Source: Convolutriloba macropyga
Taxonomy: Eukaryota
Direction of reading: 5' to 3'
Length of the DNA stretch: 64,000 nt
Assembly (NCBI RefSeq): GCF_964194025.1
Contig: NC_134468.1
Coordinates: forward strand, 77,438,001 to 77,502,000
Translations under genes and position numbers: made by a program
Shown: piece by piece, positions 49,342-63,432 of the stretch
How the letters are laid out: each line of letters opens with the position of its first letter
Position numbering within the stretch: the stretch's first letter is position 1
Notes under the pieces: model-generated
The model's input: only the letters and a program-made list of their open reading frames with translations
Databases searched by the model: none
What the model was told of the DNA's origin: nothing

Positions 49342-50299
49342 CGCCAATGTTTTGTATCAAATGTAATTTGTATGAACGGAATTGTGTGACGTGCATTTAG
49401 TTAGCTAGTTTTCTGATACTGTTACATTTTCTGTTGTTAATTTACTTCAAAAAATAATCGAGACTTGGAGAGTTGAATAGTTTTTATTAAATATCCTCTA
49501 GCTTTCCTTAGTTATCGAATTTGTTTGCGTTTGTCCCAATTTTTCACCCCAAATCGTTGAAGACACAAAAACCGCTGACTATTGGTACTCTTAACATCAA
49601 ATGCAATTTATTGGCCTCCAATTTTGGACGGGAAAACCTAATTGTGGACCTGGTATTTCAAATTCTTATCAGATTTCGAAATCAGTTTTGAAACCATAGA
49701 TTCCCTGCACTAGTGGGTCTTGTGTCTCTTTGAACTTTAGAAAATACGAATAGTGGTAACTTGGAAGATGCCCAATATAAAATTGATTAAATGATCAGTT
49801 TTCACATTTGTTGATTTATGATTGAATTTGCAACATTGAGTTTGCGTTGATTGAGTCTGTGTTCAACATTTGAACGAAGAAAGATGTAAATAAGTTATGA
49901 TTTTATTTAAATTTTTTAAACCTGAAATATGGATGCATATCGATCGAATGTATAAATTTTGACCAAAACAAGAGTGGCCCATTGCATTAAGAAGATATTC
50001 AATTCGATTAGTTTTTTCCAGAATGTTTGACTAGATAAGTTGATCCTGCAGAAATAATTCGAGTCAGATATCCGCAAACCTTTTGACGCATATTTGTTCA
50101 CAGGGATGAATGGAGTGTCTTACTTGCTGTAACTGTTTTTGCTATCCTCGTGAAAAGTTGTCTTATATTTCCAAACGCAATAATAATGATGCAGACTCCA
50201 AGGAAAACTTAAACGATCATTGATATTCGTTGGTTTCAAATTTCGAAACTTAGTGTACATGAAATAATTTTCAAGATCATTTCAGTTGTTTGTTTTGTG

Positions 50300-50513
50300 A
50301 TGTCTGCGGTTACGAGGAAGTCAATTGTTGTCGCCCAGAGAATTCCTCCGAATGCTTTGAAAACACTCACGAGCTACAAGGGATTCGACGTCGAAGTCTG
50401 GAACGATGACAATCCAATGCCGGATGATGAAATGAGCAAACGCTTGACAAGTGCCAGTGGAATTTTTGTGACCCTGGAGTCTAAAATCAAGGGGTCAGTG
50501 ATTCATAATTCTC
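50300..50513 (+). CDS. GRHPR: N-terminal fragment/exon of a glyoxylate/hydroxypyruvate reductase-like D-2-hydroxyacid dehydrogenase
   Basis: KSIVVAQRIPPNALKTL...KGFDVEVWNDDNPMPDDEMSKRLTSASGIFVTLESKI resembles GRHPR KVFVTRRIPAEGRVAL...[36 protein letters not shown]. The rest of the gene is not seen. Confidence 0.7.
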
Positions 50514-50914
50514 TTTGGGTAGCAAAATAAGGGAACCAATAATCTTTATTCGATGGTGCTACCGTTCGATGGGCCCTCTGGCCCCGCTTATCCGGGGACC
50601 GCATGTCACGCACCATGGCGTAGATGCAGAAAGGTCGCCGGACCACAAGCAAGTTGTGGATAATCAGTCTTACTACTAATATATCTATTTTATTATACCA
50701 ATGCAACTAAGGAACCAGCTAAAAACGGTGATAAGCACCGATATCCCGCCAAAATTACCCGCGAATTTGCAGCTCTGAGCGACAGCTACAACAAGAAAGA
50801 TTATTCACAATCTCTTTAATCCGGAATAATTGTATTGAAATAGCTGCATTGACTCAATCAATTCTTTATTTCTGACGGGCAAAGTTGGTACCGTTGTTGG
50901 GAAGACGTAAAACG

Positions 50915-53900
50915 CAAAGTGACTCAATCCTTGTGTATCTCGCACCTTCTGCTGCTAATTTTGCAGTTTGTCTCATGTTTCCAGGCTTTTTGAATAAGGA
51001 CCGTATATGTCTTGCCTTTATTGTATTTTTTCCTCAAGACTTTTGGATGTCAGAACAACGTTCAAAGTTAGCAGAAGTGGACATGTAACATTTTTGCTGA
51101 GTGATGACCTAAATGCTCTGCTGTTACTCTCATAAGCGCCGCTACATTTAACCTTTTGAGCTGTTTCATGTGATTTATTTCTTTCAAACAATGATTACCG
51201 ATTATTTTAGTCCGATTCATATTTTAAAGCAATAACTCTTCTTAACCGTCTTCTGTCCGATCACACTTGACTTTTGTTTTCGTCTGGTCTAAGTTGCCCT
51301 CGTTCAGAACGAAAGTAGCTGAACTCAATTGCTCGTGCTGATTTGAGGAAGGCTCATGCTCAAAAATTTTATATCAAATTTTATCTAAAAATAACTTATT
51401 CTAAAGTTTGATGCCCCTAAATATTGCCTAGCTTGAAAGGCTACTATCATCCCCCTCCGTTTCTCGTGGCGGGTTTATCCCGAAATAAGCGAGTTATTAA
51501 ATGTCTCGTAATCTGCTGAACAGGCTATCAACCAGCCGCGCGCCTTTTTTGGCCTCTCGAAGACGAGTATTGGAGGGCTTTCTGACGAAGAATTTGGTGT
51601 GAGTATGAAATCGGAAAAACATAACTTGTAGCATGTTTGGTGGCTTTTGCTCTACATTATTTCAGTTTTACTCCAATTTTTTTAGAACTATTTACTGTTA
51701 GAATAAAACTAAGATAGTTTCGATAGCATTCTGAAATTTTTAAAATAAGGAAATAAGTTGTCTGCTTTTTGAGGTTTTTTAGGCTACGTTAGCAGCTTAT
51801 GGCCCGTTCTTTATAACAGTGAAGCTATAAGGTCAGCTAGCTATGTGAAGGTTCTCCTGGTTTTTTGACTGGCAATTTGACTTCTATTCTCGGTTGTTTT
51901 ATCCGGATGGTCCTGGATCCTGATAATCTTATCTAATGGCTTCAATAGGGCACTCATGTGTCAATAGTGCAGTGTTTTGTTTTTTTTTTAATTCGTCAAA
52001 GTGCAATTAGTGGTTAATATGACTTTGACGCTGTTTGTTTTAATAAAATATCAGCGGGTTTTGCGAGTTTTATTTATTGTCGACGTTTCTTGTTGTCCTC
52101 TGTTTTGGTGTTAATGTTGACTGGTCGCATTCGCTCTTTAATGAGATGTTTTTTGCGACCGTAGGACGAGGGACGTATTTGTGCGCTAGGTAATGCTTTT
52201 ATGATTTTCGAGTTCAACTGAACGCTACTAAATTTTGGTTTTTTTGGTCTGTTGTGTTGATAATTGAATTTATATGAACATTACAGCCATTTTGTGCTGC
52301 TGAATTAGCATTAGTGGCCCAGAAGGTTGAAATAATGGAAAACTATGAGCAACGTTATTTTTACTGTTGCTTGAATATTTTGGTTGATTTTGAATGAGTA
52401 CGTTGATCAATTGCTTTCGGAAAAAGTTTGAAACCATTTTTGTAAACGTGTGACGTGTGTCTATTCTATGATCTGAAAGCCCGTGATAAACATGCTGACC
52501 TCTTTCTACCATACGTCCCACCGCTGGAATAATTCGTGAGCAGTTTTAATTCGAGAGTTTCTCGGGGTAAAAATCTAAAACATTTATCGCTATTTTCCAG
52601 GAGTTTCAAACTTGCTAACGTGTTCTTGCTTCTTGTTGATTTTTATGTATGATTTCCGTAAATCGCCAAGTGAATCAATCCATTGAGGGATTTCTTGAGG
52701 ATCTAGCACCTTGTGAGCTATTTTTGCAGTTTTCTCATGTGTCCAGGCTTTTCAATAAGGACCTTATGTCTTGCCTTTATCGTGTTTTTTTCTCACAACC
52801 AATTTATTTCAGAACAACATTAAAAGTTAGCAGAAGTAGACATGTAATTTATTTCTTGATTGATGATGCAAATCGTCTGCTGTTACTCTCATAGGCGCTG
52901 CTACATCTGATTTTTTGAGCTGGCTAATGATTTGTTTCTCTCAAACAATAATTACGGATTGTTTTAGTCCGATTGATATTCTAAAGCAATAACTCTAATA
53001 ACCATTTTCCTTATGATCAGACTTGGCTCATGGTTTTGTCTGGTGTAAATTGCCTTCGTTAAGAATTAAAGTAGCTGAATTGAAAAATTACTCGTGCTCA
53101 TTTGAGGAAGGCTGATGCTCAGAAATGTTATATTAAAGTTTATCTACAATCAACTTAATTCTGAAATTTTATGCCCCTAGTTTTTGCTCGGCTCTTCCGA
53201 AATAAGTTAGTTTTGAATTGCCTCGTAATCTGCTGAACGGGCTATCATCCAGCCGCGCGCCTTTTTTCGCCTCTCGAAGACGAGTATTGCAGGGCTTTCT
53301 GACGAAGAATTTGGTGTGAGTATGAAATCGGAAAAACATAACTTGTAGCATGTTTGGTGGCTTTTTGCTCTACATTATTTCAGTTTTACTCCAATTTTTT
53401 TAGAACTATTTACTGTTAGAATAAAACTAAGATAGTTTCGATAGCATTCTGAAATTTTTAAAATAAGGAAATAAGTTGTCTGCTTTTTGAGGTTTTTTAG
53501 GCTACGTTAGCAGCTTATGGCCCGTTCTTTATAACAGTGAAGCTATAAGGTCAGCTAGCTATGTGAAGGTTCTCCTGGTTTTTTGACTGGCAATTTGACT
53601 TCTATTCTCGGTTGTTTTATCCGGATGGTCCTGGATCCTGATAATCTTATCTAATGGCTTCAATAGGGCACTCATGTGTCAATAGTGCAGTGTTTTGTTT
53701 TTTTTTAATTCGTGAAAGTGCAATTAGTGGTTAATATGACTTTGACGCTGTTTGTTTTAATAAAATATCAGCGGGTTTTGCGAGTTTTATTTATTGTCGA
53801 CGTTTCTTGTTGTCCTCTGTTTTGGTGTTAATGTTGACTGGTCGCATTCGCTCTTTAATGAGATGTTTTTTGCGACCGTAGGACGAGGGGCGTATTTGTG

Positions 53901-56140
53901 CGCTAGGTAATGCTTTTATGATTTTCGAGTTCAAATGAACGCTACTAAATTTCGTTTTTTTTTGTCTCAGTTGTGTTGATAATTGAATTTATGCGACATT
54001 ATATGAACATTACAGCCCTTTTGTGCTGCTGAATTAGCCTTAGTGGTCCAGAAGGTTGAAACAACGGAAAACTATGAGCAACGTTATTTTTACTTTTGCT
54101 TGAATATTCTGGTTGATTTTGAATGAGTACGTTGATCAATTGCTTTCGGAAAAAGTTTGAAACCGTTTTTGTAAACGTGTGACGTGTGTCTATTCTGTGA
54201 TCTGAAAGCCCGTGATAAACATGCTGACCTCTTTCTACCATACGTCCCACCGCTGGAATTATTCGTGAGCAATTTTAATTCGAGAGTTTCTCGGGGTAAA
54301 AATCTAAAATATTTGTCGCTATTTTCCAAGAGTTTCAAACTTGCTAACGTAATGTTCTTGCTTCTTGTTGATTTTCATGTATGATTTCCGTAAATCGCCA
54401 AGTGAATAAATCCAGTAAGGGATTTCTTGAGGATCTAGCACCTTGTGAGTTATTTTTGCAGTTTTCTCATGTTTCCAGGCTTTTTCAATAAAAACCGTAT
54501 GTCTTGCCTTTATTGTGTTTTTTTTCTCACGACCAATTTATTTCAGAACGAAGTTCAAAGTTAGCAGAAGTAGACATGTAACTTTTTTCTTGATTGATGA
54601 CGTAAATCGTCTGCTGTTACTCTTATAGGCGCAGCTACATCTGATTTTTTGAGCTGGCTTCTGATTTATTTCTCTCAAACAATAATTACGGATTGTTTTT
54701 GTCCGATTGATATTCTAAGGCAATAACTCTTCTGACCATTTTTTCTTAGGATCACACTTGGTTATGGTTTTGTCTGGTGTATATTGCCCTCGTTAAGAAT
54801 TAAAGTAGCTGAATTGAAAATTTGCTCGTGCTGATTTGAGGAAGGCTGATGCTCAGAAATTTTATATCAAATTTTATCTACAATCAACTTAATTCTAAAA
54901 TTTTATGCCCCTAGTTTTTGCCCAGAGTAAAAAGGCTACTATCATCCCCTCAGTTTCTCGTGTCAGGTTTACTTTTTGGTGGCTTGCTCTTCCGAAATAA
55001 ATTGGTTTTTAAATGCCTCGTATCTGCTGAACGGGCTATCAGCCAGCCGCCCGCCTATTTTGGCCTCTCGAAGAAGAGTATTGGAGGGCTTTCTGATGAG
55101 GAATTTTGTGTGAGTATGAAATCAGCGAGACATAAATTGTAGAATGTTTGCTGGCTTTTTTGCTCGACATTATTCCAATTTTTATTCCAATTTTACTGCA
55201 ACTTTTTTAAAATCATTTACTGTTAGAATGAAACTAAGATTATTTCGATGTTACTCTTATATTTTTAAAACAACAAATGTGTTCTGTGCTTTTTGGCGTC
55301 TTTTCTGTGGGTTTTCAGGCTACGTTAGTTACTTGTGATGAAGAGTTTTGGTGTGAGTATGAAATAGGAAAGACAAAAGTTGTTGCATTTTTGGTTGCTT
55401 GTCTGCTCTACAATTTTTGATTTTAAAACCTTTTTTCTGTCGAAGTTCGCTTTAGAGGTTTCTCTAATGTAGCCTAGGTTAACAGTTTTTGGCCCATTGT
55501 TTATAGCTGAGAAGCTGTGAGCTGCGCCTTGCTATATGGCGGTGCTCTTAGTCTTTTAGAGTTTTTATTCGCGTGCGGCATTTCGACTTCTATTCTCAAT
55601 GCTTTTATCCCGATGCTTCTGACTCCTGACAATCTTAACTAATGGTTTCTAAAGGTCATACATGTGTCTCAATAATGCATTGTTGTGTTTTTTGATTTCG
55701 TCAAAGTGAGATTCATTGTTATGACTTTTGTTTCATTAAAATATCAGTGTATTGTGCGCGTTTCATTCATTGTTGTCGACGTTTCTTGTTGTCCTGTGTC
55801 TTTTCTAGTGGTCGCATTTGCTCTTTAATGAGAAGGAGTCCTTTGTGACCGCAAGATATAGGACGTATTTGTGCGCCAGGTAATGTTTTTCATTTTTTGA
55901 GTTCAACTGAATTTACTAAATTTCTTTTTTCGAAGTCTGAGTTGTGTTAGTAGTTGAGTTTATGAGATAGTAGAGCAACATTATGGGCACTTTGTGCTAC
56001 TGAAATTGGATTAGTGGCAAAATACCGAAGAAAGGAAAACTGAGCAACGTTATTTTGAAACCTTTTGATTGTTCTGGATATACATGCTTGAATATTTTGG
56101 TTGCTTTTAGCCTAATTGTTGATTATAATTAGTTTCAGAA
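50915..56140 (+). repeat. Tandem array of ~1.73-1.75-kb units x ~3 (repeated again at ~57628-62853)
   Basis: AAGTGA.T.AATCC...TCT.GCACCTT at ~50918, ~52668 and ~54400; units 1 and 2 are nearly identical in their second halves, unit 3 is diverged. Confidence 0.92.
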
Positions 56141-57012
56141 AATGACAATTAATTCATCTTGTGTATCAAATCGAGACTTGGAGAGTTGAATAGTTTTTAT
56201 TAAATATCCTCTAGCTTTCCTTAGTTATCGAATTTGTTTGCGTTTGTCCCAATTTTTCACCCCAAATCGTTGAAGACACAAAAACCGCTGACTATTGGTA
56301 CTCTTAACATCAAATGCAATTTATTGGCCTCCAATTTTGGACGGGAAAACCTAATTGTGGACCTGGTATTTCAAATTCTTATCAGATTTCGAAATCAGTT
56401 TTGAAACCATAGATTCCCTGCACTAGTGGGTCTTGTGTCTCTTTGAACTTTAGAAAATACGAATAGTGGTAACTTGGAAGATGCCCAATATAAAATTGAT
56501 TAAATGATCAGTTTTCACATTTGTTGATTTATGATTGAATTTGCAACATTGAGTTTGCGTTGATTGAGTCTGTGTTCAACATTTGAACGAAGAAAGATGT
56601 AAATAAGTTATGATTTTATTTAAATTTTTTAAACCTGAAATATGGATGCATATCGATCGAATGTATAAATTTTGACCAAAACAAGAGTGGCCCATTGCAT
56701 TAAGAAGATATTCAATTCGATTAGTTTTTTCCAGAATGTTTGACTAGATAAGTTGATCCTGCAGAAATAATTCGAGTCAGATATCCGCAAACCTTTTGAC
56801 GCATATTTGTTCACAGGGATGAATGGAGTGTCTTACTTGCTGTAACTGTTTTTGCTATCCTCGTGAAAAGTTGTCTTATATTTCCAAACGCAATAATAAT
56901 GATGCAGACTCCAAGGAAAACTTAAACGATCATTGATATTCGTTGGTTTCAAATTTCGAAACTTAGTGTACATGAAATAATTTTCAAGATCATTTCAGTT
57001 GTTTGTTTTGTG

Positions 57013-57226
57013 ATGTCTGCGGTTACGAGGAAGTCAATTGTTGTCGCCCAGAGAATTCCTCCGAATGCTTTGAAAACACTCACGAGCTACAAGGGATTCG
57101 ACGTCGAAGTCTGGAACGATGACAATCCAATGCCGGATGATGAAATGAGCAAACGCTTGACAAGTGCCAGTGGAATTTTTGTGACCCTGGAGTCTAAAAT
57201 CAAGGGGTCAGTGATTCATAATTCTC
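57013..57226 (+). CDS. GRHPR: Second identical copy of the GRHPR-like N-terminal fragment
   Basis: Part of the 6713-bp duplication. Confidence 0.65.
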
Positions 57227-60200
57227 TTTGGGTAGCAAAATAAGGGAACCAATAATCTTTATTCGATGGTGCTACCGTTCGATGGGCCCTCTGGCCCCGC
57301 TTATCCGGGGACCGCATGTCACGCACCATGGCGTAGATGCAGAAAGGTCGCCGGACCACAAGCAAGTTGTGGATAATCAGTCTTACTACTAATATATCTA
57401 TTTTATTATACCAATGCAACTAAGGAACCAGCTAAAAACGGTGATAAGCACCGATATCCCGCCAAAATTACCCGCGAATTTGCAGCTCTGAGCGACAGCT
57501 ACAACAAGAAAGATTATTCACAATCTCTTTAATCCGGAATAATTGTATTGAAATAGCTGCATTGACTCAATCAATTCTTTATTTCTGACGGGCAAAGTTG
57601 GTACCGTTGTTGGGAAGACGTAAAACGCAAAGTGACTCAATCCTTGTGTATCTCGCACCTTCTGCTGCTAATTTTGCAGTTTGTCTCATGTTTCCAGGCT
57701 TTTTGAATAAGGACCGTATATGTCTTGCCTTTATTGTATTTTTTCCTCAAGACTTTTGGATGTCAGAACAACGTTCAAAGTTAGCAGAAGTGGACATGTA
57801 ACATTTTTGCTGAGTGATGACCTAAATGCTCTGCTGTTACTCTCATAAGCGCCGCTACATTTAACCTTTTGAGCTGTTTCATGTGATTTATTTTTTTCAA
57901 ACAATGATTACCGATTATTTTAGTCCGATTCATATTTTAAAGCAATAACTCTTCTTAACCGTCTTCTGTCCGATCACACTTGACTTTTGTTTTCGTCTGG
58001 TCTAAGTTGCCCTCGTTCAGAACGAAAGTAGCTGAACTCAATTGCTCGTGCTGATTTGAGGAAGGCTCATGCTCAAAAATTTTATATCAAATTTTATCTA
58101 AAAATAACTTATTCTAAAGTTTGATGCCCCTAAATATTGCCTAGCTTGAAAGGCTACTATCATCCCCCTCCGTTTCTCGTGGCGGGTTTATCCCGAAATA
58201 AGCGAGTTATTAAATGTCTCGTAATCTGCTGAACAGGCTATCAACCAGCCGCGCGCCTTTTTTGGCCTCTCGAAGACGAGTATTGGAGGGCTTTCTGACG
58301 AAGAATTTGGTGTGAGTATGAAATCGGAAAAACATAACTTGTAGCATGTTTGGTGGCTTTTGCTCTACATTATTTCAGTTTTACTCCAATTTTTTTAGAA
58401 CTATTTACTGTTAGAATAAAACTAAGATAGTTTCGATAGCATTCTGAAATTTTTAAAATAAGGAAATAAGTTGTCTGCTTTTTGAGGTTTTTTAGGCTAC
58501 GTTAGCAGCTTATGGCCCGTTCTTTATAACAGTGAAGCTATAAGGTCAGCTAGCTATGTGAAGGTTCTCCTGGTTTTTTGACTGGCAATTTGACTTCTAT
58601 TCTCGGTTGTTTTATCCGGATGGTCCTGGATCCTGATAATCTTATCTAATGGCTTCAATAGGGCACTCATGTGTCAATAGTGCAGTGTTTTGTTTTTTTT
58701 TAATTCGTCAAAGTGCAATTAGTGGTTAATATGACTTTGACGCTGTTTGTTTTAATAAAATATCAGCGGGTTTTGCGAGTTTTATTTATTGTCGACGTTT
58801 CTTGTTGTCCTCTGTTTTGGTGTTAATGTTGACTGGTCGCATTCGCTCTTTAATGAGATGTTTTTTGCGACCGTAGGACGAGGGACGTATTTGTGCGATA
58901 GGTAATGCTTTTATGATTTTCGAGTTCAACTGAACGCTACTAAATTTTGGTTTTTTTGGTCTGTTGTGTTGATAATTGAATTTATATGAACATTACAGCC
59001 ATTTTGTGCTGCTGAATTAGCATTAGTGGCCCAGAAGGTTGAAATAATGGAAAACTATGAGCAACGTTATTTTTACTGTTGCTTGAATATTTTGGTTGAT
59101 TTTGAATGAGTACGTTGATCAATTGCTTTCGGAAAAAGTTTGAAACCATTTTTGTAAACGTGTGACGTGTGTCTATTCTATGATCTGAAAGCCCGTGATA
59201 AACATGCTGACCTCTTTCTACCATACGTCCCACCGCTGGAATAATTCGTGAGCAGTTTTAATTCGAGAGTTTCTCGGGGTAAAAATCTAAAACATTTATC
59301 GCTATTTTCCAGGAGTTTCAAACTTGCTAACGTGTTCTTGCTTCTTGTTGATTTTTATGTATGATTTCCGTAAATCGCCAAGTGAATCAATCCATTGAGG
59401 GATTTCTTGAGGATCTAGCACCTTGTGAGCTATTTTTGCAGTTTTCTCATGTGTCCAGGCTTTTCAATAAGGACCTTATGTCTTGCCTTTATCGTGTTTT
59501 TTTCTCACAACCAATTTATTTCAGAACAACATTAAAAGTTAGCAGAAGTAGACATGTAATTTATTTCTTGATTGATGATGCAAATCGTCTGCTGTTACTC
59601 TCATAGGCGCTGCTACATCTGATTTTTTGAGCTGGCTAATGATTTGTTTCTCTCAAACAATAATTACGGATTGTTTTAGTCCGATTGATATTCTAAAGCA
59701 ATAACTCTAATAACCATTTTCCTTATGATCAGACTTGGCTCATGGTTTTGTCTGGTGTAAATTGCCTTCGTTAAGAATTAAAGTAGCTGAATTGAAAAAT
59801 TACTCGTGCTCATTTGAGGAAGGCTGATGCTCAGAAATGTTATATTAAAGTTTATCTACAATCAACTTAATTCTGAAATTTTATGCCCCTAGTTTTTGCT
59901 CGGCTCTTCCGAAATAAGTTAGTTTTGAATTGCCTCGTAATCTGCTGAACGGGCTATCATCCAGCCGCGCGCCTTTTTTCGCCTCTCGAAGACGAGTATT
60001 GGAGGGCTTTCTGACGAAGAATTTGGTGTGAGTATGAAATCGGAAAAACATAACTTGTAGCATGTTTGGTGGCTTTTTGCTCTACATTATTTCAGTTTTA
60101 CTCCAATTTTTTTAGAACTATTTACTGTTAGAATAAAACTAAGATAGTTTCGATAGCATTCTGAAATTTTTAAAATAAGGAAATAAGTTGTCTGCTTTTT

Positions 60201-62854
60201 GAGGTTTTTTAGGCTACGTTAGCAGCTTATGGCCCGTTCTTTATAACAGTGAAGCTATAAGGTCAGCTAGCTATGTGAAGGTTCTCCTGGTTTTTTGACT
60301 GGCAATTTGACTTCTATTCTCGGTTGTTTTATCCGGATGGTCCTGGATCCTGATAATCTTATCTAATGGCTTCAATAGGGCACTCATGTGTCAATAGTGC
60401 AGTGTTTTGTTTTTTTTAATTCGTGAAAGTGCAATTAGTGGTTAATATGACTTTGACGCTGTTTGTTTTAATAAAATATCAGCGGGTTTTGCGAGTTTTA
60501 TTTATTGTCGACGTTTCTTGTTGTCCTCTGTTTTGGTGTTAATGTTGACTGGTCGCATTCGCTCTTTAATGAGATGTTTTTTGCGACCGTAGGACGAGGG
60601 GCGTATTTGTGCGCTAGGTAATGCTTTTATGATTTTCGAGTTCAAATGAACGCTACTAAATTTCGTTTTTTTTTTTGTCTCAGTTGTGTTGATAATTGAA
60701 TTTATGCGACATTATATGAACATTACAGCCCTTTTGTGCTGCTGAATTAGCCTTAGTGGTCCAGAAGGTTGAAACAACGGAAAACTATGAGCAACGTTAT
60801 TTTTACTTTTGCTTGAATATTCTGGTTGATTTTGAATGAGTACGTTGATCAATTGCTTTCGGAAAAAGTTTGAAACCGTTTTTGTAAACGTGTGACGTGT
60901 GTCTATTCTGTGATCTGAAAGCCCGTGATAAACATGCTGACCTCTTTCTACCATACGTCCCACCGCTGGAATTATTCGTGAGCAATTTTAATTCGAGAGT
61001 TTCTCGGGGTAAAAATCTAAAATATTTGTCGCTATTTTCCAAGAGTTTCAAACTTGCTAACGTAATGTTCTTGCTTCTTGTTGATTTTCATGTATGATTT
61101 CCGTAAATCGCCAAGTGAATAAATCCAGTAAGGGATTTCTTGAGGATCTAGCACCTTGTGAGTTATTTTTGCAGTTTTCTCATGTTTCCAGGCTTTTTCA
61201 ATAAAAACCGTATGTCTTGCCTTTATTGTGTTTTTTTTCTCACGACCAATTTATTTCAGAACGAAGTTCAAAGTTAGCAGAAGTAGACATGTAACTTTTT
61301 TCTTGATTGATGACGTAAATCGTCTGCTGTTACTCTTATAGGCGCCGCTACATCTGATTTTTTGAGCTGGCTTCTGATTTATTTCTCTCAAACAATAATT
61401 ACGGATTGTTTTTGTCCGATTGATATTCTAAGGCAATAACTCTTCTGACCATTTTTTCTTAGGATCACACTTGGTTATGGTTTTGTCTGGTGTATATTGC
61501 CCTCGTTAAGAATTAAAGTAGCTGAATTGAAAATTTGCTCGTGCTGATTTGAGGAAGGCTGATGCTCAGAAATTTTATATCAAATTTTATCTACAATCAA
61601 CTTAATTCTAAAATTTTATGCCCCTAGTTTTTGCCCAGAGTAAAAAGGCTACTATCATCCCCTCAGTTTCTCGTGGCAGGTTTACTTTTTGGTGGCTTGC
61701 TCTTCCGAAATAAATTGGTTTTTAAATGCCTCGTATCTGCTGAACGGGCTATCAGCCAGCCGCCCGCCTATTTTGGCCTCTCGAAGAAGAGTATTGGAGG
61801 GCTTTCTGATGAGGAATTTTGTGTGAGTATGAAATCAGCGAGACATAAATTGTAGAATGTTTGCTGGCTTTTTTGCTCGACATTATTCCAATTTTTATTC
61901 CAATTTTACTGCAACTTTTTTAAAATCATTTACTGTTAGAATGAAACTAAGATTATTTCGATGTTACTCTTATATTTTTAAAACAACAAATGTGTTCTGT
62001 GCTTTTTGGCGTCTTTTCTGTGGGTTTTCAGGCTACGTTAGTTACTTGTGATGAAGAGTTTTGGTGTGAGTATGAAATAGGAAAGACAAAAGTTGTTGCA
62101 TTTTTGGTTGCTTGTCTGCTCTACAATTTTTGATTTTAAAACCTTTTTTCTGTCGAAGTTCGCTTTAGAGGTTTCTCTAATGTAGCCTAGGTTAACAGTT
62201 TTTGGCCCATTGTTTATAGCTGAGAAGCTGTGAGCTGCGCCTTGCTATATGGCGGTGCTCTTAGTCTTTTAGAGTTTTTATTCGCGTGCGGCATTTCGAC
62301 TTCTATTCTCAATGCTTTTATCCCGATGCTTCTGACTCCTGACAATCTTAACTAATGGTTTCTAAAGGTCATACATGTGTCTCAATAATGCATTGTTGTG
62401 TTTTTTGATTTCGTCAAAGTGAGATTCATTGTTATGACTTTTGTTTCATTAAAATATCAGTGTATTGTGCGCGTTTCATTCATTGTTGTCGACGTTTCTT
62501 GTTGTCCTGTGTCTTTTCTAGTGGTCGCATTTGCTCTTTAATGAGAAGGAGTCCTTTGTGACCGCAAGATATAGGACGTATTTGTGCGCCAGGTAATGTT
62601 TTTCATTTTTTGAGTTCAACTGAATTTACTAAATTTCTTTTTTCGAAGTCTGAGTTGTGTTAGTAGTTGAGTTTATGAGATAGTAGAGCAACATTATGGG
62701 CACTTTGTGCTACTGAAATTGGATTAGTGGCAAAATACCGAAGAAAGGAAAACTGAGCAACGTTATTTTGAAACCTATTGATTGTTCTGGATATACATGC
62801 TTGAATATTTTGGTTGCTTTTAGCCTAATTGTTGATTATAATTAGTTTCAGAAA

Positions 62855-63432
62855 ATGACAATTAATTCATCTTGTGTATCAAACTCAAATGAAGAAGCGA
62901 TGAACACTGCGACGTTACTTTTTAAAAATAATCATGATGACCTCTCGATCTCAAATATCAGGCAAATTTTGATGTTAATCAAAATTGTGGAGAAACAGAA
63001 CAAAAGGCTGGAATACATGGAACGAGAGTTAGAGAATGTCTTGAGCGAACTATAGAAGATTCGAATGGCATCCCTGACTTGAATTAGAGGACTAGAGAAC
63101 TTTAGTGGTATTCCCGGAAAGGCTGCCTTGTATTCTCAAATATTCAAACACAACCAAGGTACATTTCCACAGTGCTCTTCATTATGAATAACATCTTATA
63201 GGTGGGTTTTACTGAGCACAATATTGCAGCTTGTAATCATTTGGGAAATTGTCAAGTCGTCACCGTTATTGTACAATTTTTGCATCATAAGCTTCGAGAT
63301 CTTGTTTGGCGACGAAAATCATAGCTGAGAGAAATTGTAAATAGTGAAGGAAAACGAGTGATCGTTGAAGAGCCCCTGATCATAATTCATCATGCAGTCG
63401 AAAAAAGAATTACGGTTTTAAGGAAAAAGTAG
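62855..63432 (+). pseudogene. LINE ORF1-like protein remnant (coiled coil + RRM-type)
   Basis: Coiled coil VEKQNKRLEYMERELENVLSEL, then NIAACNHLG....TVIVQF....RDLVWRRK..L......KRVIVEE.L; in-frame stops. Confidence 0.55.

Larger units (their letters stand above)
49456..62883 (+). repeat. Direct tandem duplication, 6713-bp unit
   Basis: 49458 matches 56171 onward; AA microhomology at the junction; only scattered substitutions and homopolymer differences. Confidence 0.97.

Noticed and set aside
51560-51615. Hammerhead-like CTGACGA...GAAA in the 1.73-kb units
   Set aside because: No stem II can form between the two core motifs.
52270-55338. Recurrent 60-83-aa ORFs in the 1.73-kb array
   Set aside because: No recognisable domains, and frames are not conserved among diverged units.
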